In this document: one piece after another, positions 56,003 to 62,204 of the stretch
Numbering within the stretch: position 1 is the first letter of the stretch
Layout: each line of letters starts with the position of its first letter
Source of the DNA: Candidatus Saccharimonadota bacterium
GTDB taxonomy: Bacteria; Patescibacteriota; Saccharimonadia; Saccharimonadales; SLHW01
DNA: 64,000 bases
Direction of reading: 5' to 3'
Assembly: GCA_024635455.1 (NCBI GenBank)
Contig: JAGXIU010000002.1
Coordinates: forward strand, 44,309 to 108,308
Position numbers and translations under genes: made by a program
The notes under the pieces: model-generated
Database searches by the model: none
What the model was told of the DNA's origin: nothing
Seen by the model: only the letters and a program-made list of their open reading frames with translations

Positions 56003-57181
56003 ATGATGTCGCTTATGTCAGTACAGCACGAAATGATGCCGCTTTTGGATCCTAGAGAAGTTAATCCACCGCCTTCGGAAAGGGTTCTTGCGCCAGATGA
56101 ACAGGTTCAGATTGACCTTGATGCTCCCCTTGCTGACAGTCAAGAAGTGCACGATAGGTTGGGTATACGAAGTAACTTAGTTGCTACCGTAAACGCTGGT
56201 AGTAAGAGCTTTTTAATTGTTGACTCTCGTAATACTCGCAGCAATAGGGATTTCTTTATTTCAGATGAAACCTTTTCAAAAGAAAACAGAATAGGATTCA
56301 AAGGTGTACTGGAAGACGAGCCAGTAGTCATAGGTCGTGGTCATCACACAGATAGATTCTCTTACCCAGCTACTGTTTCTAGAGAGCATTTTGAAGTTTC
56401 ATACACCGATGAAGCGTTATTTATTCGCAATCTACGACCAACTAACAAAACCACTGTAACGGCTCATTTAGCCTTAGAGCAGCAACACCAAGGGGTTTCC
56501 CCTCGTTACGCCGTTGAAGATATACGCACAATCCTAGTAGAAGACAGACTGCAAGCACACCCCGACTTTGACGAAAAAGATGAAACAGCCCCATACGGGT
56601 ACTATATGAATCACCAAATCTTAGGTAGAGCGTCTAAGTCAGTAGACGGCGGAGTATATTTGGGTGGTTCAGCTCGTGAAGCAATAGTAGTTGACGGCAA
56701 ATCCGTAGCTATGAAGCAGGTATATGAAGGTGTTGCAACAGAGTTGCGACAATCATTCCAAAAAAATGAAACTTTGCCAATGCAGTCTATCTTATTGAAG
56801 GTAATGCACAGAGTTCAAGAAGTGATGCCGTATGACGGTAGAAAAACAGAAGATATTAGCCGACAGCACCATGGTGATAAATTAGTCGGGCTTAGTACAT
56901 ATGTTAAAGAACGAGTTGGTGTTTGTAGACATCAAGGCTTATTGGCCGCCTACATTATTGAAAACCTTATTAAAGACGGTCATATGCTTGGAATAGTAGG
57001 TGTTGAACGTAATACTGTTAAAGATATGGGTGGAACGCACGCTTGGGCCGTTTACAAAACTAGCAGTAATGAAGCCGAAGAAGTAATTGTTGTTGACCCA
57101 GCTCAATCATTTGTCGGCACCAAAGCACAAGCACAGCGCGAAGGTCGGTGGGAATACCGCTTGACCACTGACAAATACTAG
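56003..57181 (+). CDS. FHA-domain protein with a C-terminal transglutaminase/papain-like Cys-His-Asp core
   Basis: The FHA region is VIGRGHHTDRF...VSREHFEV...LFIRNLRPTNKTTV. The C-terminal candidate triad is GVCRHQG, GTHAWAV and VVDPA. The first in-frame ATG is 56003; the ORF opens at TTG 55979. Confidence 0.65.
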   Translation: MMSLMSVQHEMMPLLDPREVNPPPSERVLAPDEQVQIDLDAPLADSQEVHDRLGIRSNLVATVNAGSKSFLIVDSRNTRSNRDFFISDETFSKENRIGFKGVLEDEPVVIGRGHHTDRFSYPATVSREHFEVSYTDEALFIRNLRPTNKTTVTAHLALEQQHQGVSPRYAVEDIRTILVEDRLQAHPDFDEKDETAPYGYYMNHQILGRASKSVDGGVYLGGSAREAIVVDGKSVAMKQVYEGVATELRQSFQKNETLPMQSILLKVMHRVQEVMPYDGRKTEDISRQHHGDKLVGLSTYVKERVGVCRHQGLLAAYIIENLIKDGHMLGIVGVERNTVKDMGGTHAWAVYKTSSNEAEEVIVVDPAQSFVGTKAQAQREGRWEYRLTTDKY

Positions 57182-57454
57182 TCTTAGTTTCTAAACTACT
57201 ACTGAAGCAAAAAAATGAGAGCTGTTATTGCTAAAACATAAAGAGCAAATTATTGACGAAGTTATGCAGCTCATTAACCAGCCAGACGAGTTACGGAACC
57301 AAGCTATCCTCAAGATACAGAAGGCTATCCAATGGTTAGTATTTCCGAACGGACTTGAGTGTGACTTCGGAACTGGTTTTTGAAACCAGTCCACTAAGCC
57401 AAACTCATCTGTTAATTTAAGAACTTGATAAAAAATTACCTGAAAATGCAAATT

Positions 57455-57505
57455 TGGTACACCCCTGCCCGATGTGATACATCGTATCAGGCGGGCGGCA
57501 GGATT
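57455..57505 (-). pseudogene. tRNA-Arg 3' stump split by a 32-nt insertion
   Basis: The minus-sense read is AATCCTGCCG-[CCCGCCTGATACGATGTATCACATCGGGCAGG]-GGTGTACCA, compared with the intact AATCCTGCCGGGTGTACCA. Confidence 0.8.
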
Positions 57506-57611
57506 ATCGCACACAATTGCTAAAGCATTTGCTCGGCCAAGCAAGGAAAACATAATGTGCCACCGGCACATTATGCCTACGGTCGCAGGTTCAAGCCAAC
57601 GACCTACCACG

Positions 57612-57638
57612 CAAAAACCCGACCAAAATGGTCGGGCC
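57612..57638 (-). terminator. rho-independent terminator after tRNA-Arg
   Basis: The minus-sense read is GGCCCGACC-atttt-GGTCGGG-TTTTT. It starts 7 nt after the CCA. Confidence 0.8.
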
Positions 57639-57644
57639 TTAGCG

Positions 57645-57721
57645 TGGTACACCCGGCAGGATTTGAACCTACGACCTTCTGTACCGCAAACAGACGCTCT
57701 ATCCAGCTGAGCTACGGGTGC
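57645..57721 (-). tRNA. tRNA-Arg(GCG), CCA encoded
   Basis: The hand fold is GCACCCG TA GCTC AGCTGGATA GAGC G TCTGT TTGCGGT ACAGA AGGTC GTAGG TTCAAAT CCTGC CGGGTGT A CCA. The anticodon loop TTGCGGT gives GCG. Confidence 0.85.
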
Positions 57722-57730
57722 TTAATTTAT

Positions 57731-57973
57731 CTATTGTATTCTTGTGAAAAGTACTTTTCTAGCATTACCACTCTTTTTTACCTGACTTTCTCTTTTTCGT
57801 GCTAGCCCTAACTCTCGGTATGCTTCGTAATAAATCAACTCTATGGGTAATCTTGATTTTGTAGAAGCAACCTTACCATCTTGATGCTCTTTCAGTCTAC
57901 GCTTCAAATTTGATGTTGAACCGTAATAAAACTTATTGTCGGCACAAGAGTGCAGAATATAAAAATAGTACAT
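57731..57973 (-). CDS. small GIY-YIG (URI-domain) nuclease family protein
   Basis: 80 aa, with YYFYILHS...KFYYGSTSNLKRRLKEH...E...E motifs. Its stop lies 9 nt upstream of tRNA-Arg. Confidence 0.8.
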   Translation of the reverse strand: MYYFYILHSCADNKFYYGSTSNLKRRLKEHQDGKVASTKSRLPIELIYYEAYRELGLARKRESQVKKSGNARKVLFTRIQ

Positions 57974-57980
57974 TTATTAA

Positions 57981-57988
57981 ATTATACA
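57981..57988 (-). promoter_or_regulatory. extended -10 (TGTATAAT) directly upstream of the GIY-YIG ATG; likely a leaderless or near-leaderless transcript
   Basis: The minus-sense read is aaaaaaTGTATAATttaataaATG. Confidence 0.5.
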
Positions 57989-58000
57989 TTTTTTAATGTT

Positions 58001-58051
58001 CCAGCTGACCCGCCTGATACGATGTATCACATCGGGCAGGGCTACGGGTGC
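58001..58051 (-). pseudogene. tRNA-Arg 5' stump split by the inverted copy of the same 32-nt sequence
   Basis: The minus-sense read is GCACCCGTAGC-[CCTGCCCGATGTGATACATCGTATCAGGCGGG]-TCAGCTGGA, compared with the intact GCACCCGTAGCTCAGCTGGA. Confidence 0.8.
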
Positions 58052-58137
58052 ATATATGTGTAACGCGTAAATGATCGAGCTTTTGCCTCATGGGCAAACG
58101 GAGCAGGGGAAACTATAGCATATAACAGAGGTTATTA

Positions 58138-58698
58138 CTAGAAACGTATTTTACGCATCAAGTTATCAATAGCGTCAGGGTCGCTATCCTCCATCGGTAA
58201 ATAATCAGAAATGGCTTCGATGATTTGATCCTCCTGATCAGGGGGGTAATATACGCGCAACTCAGTGGTAAAACGCTTTATTGGTAGCAAAAATATAGAT
58301 GATATGGCGCCTTCGTCATGTACAGCAAAAGACTTGAATGAGTCGAACTCGTATAGCCTACCGCTTACATCAATGCCGCTCGGTGTTATCTCATACTGCC
58401 GAACTTCTGGTTTACGTGTAGCCAACACCCCGAAAGATGCGCCAGCAATCAAAACTACGATAAGTGATATAGCATCACGCGTTAGCAGATAAACAAGCAC
58501 AGACAATAAAGCGAGGCCAATCCCAAACGATACATACCAGGAAAGACTTTTGTGGTGCGCGATAAATTCAGAGGCAGACCAGCTTACCAGGCTCCCTCTT
58601 GGTTCAGGGGATACCTGTTGAGCATCTTGGCTGTTAGAGTTCTTTCTAGTAATCTGGGCTTCAAGTTGTTCGATTGTCGGCTCTTGCTGATCCTGCAT
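58138..58698 (-). CDS. hypothetical two-TM membrane protein
   Basis: 186 aa. It has two adjacent TM segments (WYVSFGIGLALLSVLVYLL and ISLIVVLIAGASFGVLA) and a soluble C-terminal domain. Confidence 0.55.
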   Translation of the reverse strand: MQDQQEPTIEQLEAQITRKNSNSQDAQQVSPEPRGSLVSWSASEFIAHHKSLSWYVSFGIGLALLSVLVYLLTRDAISLIVVLIAGASFGVLATRKPEVRQYEITPSGIDVSGRLYEFDSFKSFAVHDEGAISSIFLLPIKRFTTELRVYYPPDQEDQIIEAISDYLPMEDSDPDAIDNLMRKIRF

Positions 58699-58767
58699 GT
58701 GCTTATTGTACCTGAAGATAGCACTACATAGAAAGTACTCAGAGCTATTAGTCGCGTTGCGTGGAAT

Positions 58768-58780
58768 TATTTGCTATAAT
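58768..58780 (+). promoter_or_regulatory. putative tRNA promoter -10 block tatttgcTATAAT
   Basis: The same 13-mer occurs upstream of tRNA-Ser(TGA) at 59466..59478. Confidence 0.55.
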
Positions 58781-58821
58781 CTTCATCTGTTACAGTCTAA
58801 GCTAGTCATAGATTGTGACGA

Positions 58822-58914
58822 GGAGAGGTACCCAAGTGGCTGAAGGGGCGGCTTTGCTAAAGCTGTAGGGGGGCGCAAGCTCCCGCGAGGGTTCGAATCC
58901 CTCCCTCTCCGCCA
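58822..58914 (+). tRNA. tRNA-Ser(GCT), class II, CCA encoded
   Basis: The acceptor is GGAGAGG/CCTCTCC. The anticodon stem is CGGCT/AGCTG with loop TTGCTAA. It has a long variable arm and T arm GAGGG-TTCGAAT-CCCTC. Confidence 0.9.
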
Positions 58915-58917
58915 GGA

Positions 58918-58958
58918 GAGAAGCGGTCATATCTTTATGGTATGGCCGTTTCTCTTTT
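58918..58958 (+). terminator. rho-independent terminator after tRNA-Ser(GCT)
   Basis: The hairpin is gagaagcggtcata-tctttatgg-tatggccgtttctc, followed by tttt. Confidence 0.7.
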
Positions 58959-59080
58959 GGAGAAAGGATGCGAACCCGTATCCGCTGGAAGTGGAAGGGT
59001 TCGGTGACACAAGCTGACGCGCAGATGCTTGCATCGAGCATCAGTGCAGTGGCAACGATGTCATCCCTCCCTCTCCGCCA
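58959..59080 (+). repeat. type-A trailer unit ending in an exact second copy of the tRNA-Ser(GCT) 3' end
   Basis: 58998..59062 matches 59650..59714 with 8 mismatches in ~66 nt. The 18-nt sequence atccctccctctccgcca sits at 59063..59080. Confidence 0.85.
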
Positions 59081-59291
59081 GGAAGATAGACCCGAGCCTT
59101 GTGCTCGGGTTTAGCTTTCTCGCCAGTGAAAGCAGGAATTCGGTTCTCAGGTTCGATTGTTGTCAAGTTAGTACTTGACGACAAATAGCGAGATGACGGA
59201 ATGCGCGGAACGTGCAGTCTATCATTGAGTGTTCATCCCTCCCTCTCCGCCAAATATAGAAGACTGGCTTTAGTCGGTCTTTTTTATTTGG
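59081..59291 (+). repeat. type-B trailer unit (hairpin-bearing left arm, third tRNA 3'-end copy, terminator); inverted partner of 54781..54991
   Basis: There are about 8-9 mismatches over ~211 nt against the reverse complement of 54781..54991. The core copy lies at 59235..59252. Confidence 0.9.
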
Positions 59292-59465
59292 CAGACAGGT
59301 TCGAACCCGATTTAAGCGAGCTGTGCGAGCGAGGGTTCGGCGGAGTGAGGTCACGCTCAGAAGCTCGCTTCGAGCATGGCCGAACGTAAAAGACGAAGAC
59401 AATATTCCTCTCTCTACGAGAAAGAAGTGATATGAGCGCTGCCTTCCTATTCTGAAATCAGTTTA

Positions 59466-59478
59466 TATTTGCTATAAT
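59466..59478 (+). promoter_or_regulatory. putative tRNA promoter -10 block tatttgcTATAAT
   Basis: It lies 11 nt upstream of the tRNA-Ser(TGA) 5' end and is identical to 58768..58780. Confidence 0.6.
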
Positions 59479-59489
59479 CACACTCTGTT

Positions 59490-59579
59490 GGAAGGGTGAC
59501 CGAGTGGTTTAAGGTACTTGTCTTGAAAACAAGCGTGCCGGAAACGGTACCGTGGGTTCGAATCCCACCCCTTCCGCCA
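59490..59579 (+). tRNA. tRNA-Ser(TGA), class II, CCA encoded
   Basis: The acceptor is GGAAGGG/CCCTTCC. The anticodon stem is CTTGT/ACAAG with loop CTTGAAA. It has a long variable arm and T arm GTGGG-TTCGAAT-CCCAC. Confidence 0.9.
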
Positions 59580-59732
59580 GGAAGGTAGACCCGAGCCTTG
59601 TGCTCGGGTTTAGCTTTCTCGCCAGAAAGTATGGAGTCGAGCCCGATGCGGTTCGGTGACACAAGCTGGCGCACAGAAGCTCGCTTCGAGCACCAGCGCA
59701 GTGGCAACAATGTCATCCCACCCCTTCCGCCA
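59580..59732 (+). repeat. compact trailer unit (B-type left arm + A-type right arm) ending in a second copy of the tRNA-Ser(TGA) 3' end
   Basis: The left-arm hairpin gacccgagccttgtgctcgggtttagctttctcgcc lies at 59588..59623. The core atcccaccccttccgcca at 59715..59732 is identical to 59562..59579. Confidence 0.85.
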
Positions 59733-59770
59733 AACAAAATGAATCTACCTTGTGTAGGTTCTTTTTGTTT
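59733..59770 (+). terminator. rho-independent terminator closing the tRNA-Ser(TGA) trailer
   Basis: The hairpin is gaatctac-cttgt-gtaggttc, followed by tttttg. Confidence 0.7.
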
Positions 59771-59858
59771 GAGGGGTGATTCGAGCCCACGGGCGACAGC
59801 TACTGCTGCCGTTGAGCCGTGTATAAACCCGACAATCTATAGTGTGTCGGGTTTATAT

Positions 59859-60539
59859 TTAGTCTTTTTGGCAGAATACACTAGCGTATACGTTTTTATA
59901 ACCTGCTCGACGCAGCTCTTTTGTTGCTGCTATCAACGTGCCGCCTGTAGTCGTCACGTCATCGACCAGCACTATTGGAGTGTCTTTATGTTTGCCCGCT
60001 GCAGTACCAGCTAAGAACGCCCCTTCTAGTTGCTGCAAACGAGTCGCTCGGGTTGCCCCGACTTGGCGTACATTACTAAGGCGTCGGAGCAGGGGATGGT
60101 AGCTCCTACTAATATTATTCGCTAGGGACCTAGCGATAAGTTGCGCCTGGTCATACCCCCGCTGACGAATCCGGCTCGGGGCAGTTGGTATGTGCGTAAT
60201 AATGGTTTCCTTGGGTAGATAAGGCATTGACTCCGCCATGAGTGATGCAATGACGGTTACTGACGCCCGCTTGCGGGAGAACTTCATGCCTTCGATCAAT
60301 TTCTTGGGTACACCCGTGTACAAACTTGTCACCCACACTTGTTTAGGTGGGCTATATCGTTTTACGCACCGTGCGCACGTAATCGTACTGTCGCCCTGAG
60401 CCTTACAAAGAAAACAACGCTCAGGTATCGGCTCACGGACATCAGGCAAACACCAATGACAAACGATACTACCTATGCGACCACAAACGGTGCAATGGTG
60501 TGGAGCGATTTGTGCTATCAAGAGTTCTACTACGTGCAT
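59859..60539 (-). CDS. comFC: ComF-family phosphoribosyltransferase (ComFC-like)
   Basis: It has N-terminal Cys clusters (CTVCGRIGSIVCHWC and CFLCKAQGDSTITCARC) and the PRT motif IVLVDDVTTTGGTL. The start is ATG 60539. Confidence 0.82.
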   Translation of the reverse strand: MHVVELLIAQIAPHHCTVCGRIGSIVCHWCLPDVREPIPERCFLCKAQGDSTITCARCVKRYSPPKQVWVTSLYTGVPKKLIEGMKFSRKRASVTVIASLMAESMPYLPKETIITHIPTAPSRIRQRGYDQAQLIARSLANNISRSYHPLLRRLSNVRQVGATRATRLQQLEGAFLAGTAAGKHKDTPIVLVDDVTTTGGTLIAATKELRRAGYKNVYASVFCQKD

Positions 60540-60667
60540 GTTGTTATTAGTACTGTTGTAAATATAGAGCCAAACTGTTGCCCTTATCTTATAATGTAAG
60601 CTATACTTGCTAGTAACAAAAATTGCAAACCTTAGAAAATAAATTCTACAAGTGGAGGGTAAGACGT

Positions 60668-61144
60668 ATGGCGCGCAAAAATCGCGATGAAGACCTATTG
60701 ATGGAAGATGAATTAACGGCAGCTTTTCTTGATGACGAAGAATTAGCGCCCGTAAATACATCATCTAATGATCAGCCGGCAGATGCAGGCAATGATGACT
60801 GGGATGAAGACGAGGCTGTACCAGGTCAACTTGCAGTTGACGTGTACGAGACCAAAGAACAGCTAATTGTTAAGGCGCGTACAGCTGGCGTCAACAAAGG
60901 CGAGCTTGATGTGAGCATTGCTGACAACACGCTCAGCATTCGAGGCACGCTCTCAGCCGGAACTGAGGACGGAGTAGAGAACTACTTTGTTCAGGAATGT
61001 TATTGGGGCGAGTTTAGTCGCAGTATCGCATTGCCAGTTCCAGTCAAAGAAGAAGAAATTGACGCAGTTCTTAAGGACGGTGTACTAACTATCAGCTTCA
61101 CTAAGGTTAAGCAAGACACGGTTAAAAAGATAGAAATCAAATAG
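60668..61144 (+). CDS. Hsp20/alpha-crystallin small heat-shock protein
   Basis: It has AVDVYETKEQLIVKARTAGVNKGELDVSIADNTLSIRG and LKDGVLTISFTKV. GGAGGG lies upstream of ATG 60668. Confidence 0.88.
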   Translation: MARKNRDEDLLMEDELTAAFLDDEELAPVNTSSNDQPADAGNDDWDEDEAVPGQLAVDVYETKEQLIVKARTAGVNKGELDVSIADNTLSIRGTLSAGTEDGVENYFVQECYWGEFSRSIALPVPVKEEEIDAVLKDGVLTISFTKVKQDTVKKIEIK

Positions 61145-61245
61145 CACAAACAATAACTATTCTGATTAGATAATAAGTGCGAGTTAAATCGCGCTTATTT
61201 TTTTGAGTTGCTGTCTGACTTCTCGAAGGAGTATGTGCAACAAAT

Positions 61246-61277
61246 AAAAACGACCCGTGCTTGGCGGGTCGTTTTTA
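61246..61277. terminator. bidirectional rho-independent terminator between hsp20 and the pilin-like array
   Basis: The sequence is aaaaacgacccg-tgcttgg-cgggtcgttttt. Confidence 0.8.
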
Positions 61278-61294
61278 TCATAAAGATGCTTTTA

Positions 61295-61705
61295 CTATAG
61301 GTCAGTAGCAGTCGTTAATACGAACCGAACGATAACCTGAGCAAGTGCAACTACGACTAGGCCAATAATGGCGTAGAGGATGGTGTTCTTGGCGCCTGTT
61401 ACGTTACCTGAGTCACCGCCCGAAGTTATGTACTTAAGGCCACCAATGATGATCATGATGACAGATATAACACCTACAACGAGGGAAAATACATTGATCG
61501 TTGTGGTAATGATGCCTTCGACGCGTTCTTCTGGGTTATCGCCGCCCTCTGGATCTGTAGCTGTTGCCCCAGAATCGAGATTTCCAGAAATACCTCCGTC
61601 AGGGTTAATAAGCTGTGCTTCAGCAGGACTAACCAACACTAAGGGTGCAACGACTCCTGCGATGAGCACCATCTGTAGTGCAATTGATTTTAGAGATTTA
61701 AACAT
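61295..61705 (-). CDS. VirB2/TrbC-like (T4SS pilin-like) small membrane protein, paralog 1
   Basis: It has a signal-like N-terminus ending AEAQ. The C-terminal module is VVGVISVIMIIIGGLKYITSGGDSGNVTGAKNTILYAIIGLVVVALAQVIV. Confidence 0.7.
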   Translation of the reverse strand: MFKSLKSIALQMVLIAGVVAPLVLVSPAEAQLINPDGGISGNLDSGATATDPEGGDNPEERVEGIITTTINVFSLVVGVISVIMIIIGGLKYITSGGDSGNVTGAKNTILYAIIGLVVVALAQVIVRFVLTTATDL

Positions 61706-61773
61706 TTGAATTATTTTCCTTTCTTACCTGTTATTTATACACCGATAGTTATCTTTGGTCAAGATTGTACTGT

Positions 61774-62190
61774 CTAAACAGTATCGATTACAAACAATAC
61801 TATTACCTGAGCGAGGGCTACTATAGCAAGGCCAATGACAGCATACAGAATGGTGTTCTTAGCGCTGGTTATATTGGAAGGGTCACCGCTTGACATAATG
61901 TACTTCAGGCCACCAATAATAATCATAATGACGGCTATAACACCGACAACAACGGAGAATATATCAATTGCCGTCTGTATTGCGCCGTAGAGGTCACCCT
62001 CTGCATCACCTGGAGGGTTCGGATCTGTTAGACAGGCCCCAAGTGCTGGACCTGTAAGCCCGCCACAGTGGCTATTTGCAAACACGTGTTGCGTCGGAGC
62101 GAATGCTACAAGTGCAAACAAAAGCGCACCAGTGATTAATATTGCCTTGATGATTGTTTCTTTTTGAATAGTGTATAATTTTTCGAGCAT
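61774..62190 (-). CDS. VirB2/TrbC-like small membrane protein, paralog 2
   Basis: The C-terminal module is VVGVIAVIMIIIGGLKYIMSSGDPSNITSAKNTILYAVIGLAIVALAQVIV. The variable region has two Cys. Confidence 0.7.
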   Translation of the reverse strand: MLEKLYTIQKETIIKAILITGALLFALVAFAPTQHVFANSHCGGLTGPALGACLTDPNPPGDAEGDLYGAIQTAIDIFSVVVGVIAVIMIIIGGLKYIMSSGDPSNITSAKNTILYAVIGLAIVALAQVIVLFVIDTV

Positions 62191-62204
62191 TTTTTTCCTT
62201 ATAT

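Noticed and set aside
57216-57386. Possible integrase or phage gene remnant (MRAVIAKT*EQIIDEVMQ...GTGF*)
   Set aside because: It has an in-frame stop and is only ~55 codons long. I cannot match it to any recombinase motif (no R..H..R..Y context). It is mentioned only as an unclassified remnant inside the putative islet.
57191-57652. 153-aa minus-strand ORF spanning the tRNA-Arg trailer
   Set aside because: It runs through a terminator, a tRNA stump, the 32-bp inverted repeat and palindromes. It also overlaps the tRNA 3' end. The Cys/Trp/Phe-rich composition looks non-protein-like. I treat it as a chance ORF in a repeat region.
58959-59252. The idea that the CCA-ended trailer units are a tmRNA or a two-piece/permuted tmRNA
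   Set aside because: The units end in the tRNA-Ser acceptor (…CTCTCCGCCA), not an alanine-type G3-U70 acceptor with …CCACCA. I find no resume codon or tag-peptide ORF. The T-stem 5' strand is not complementary.
58802-60014. ORFs 58802..59041, 59447..59737 and 59598..60014 overlapping tRNA-Ser genes and trailers
   Set aside because: They overlap tRNA genes and structured repeats. The last one is antisense to comFC. They are most simply explained as ORFs created by GC-rich repeat sequence.
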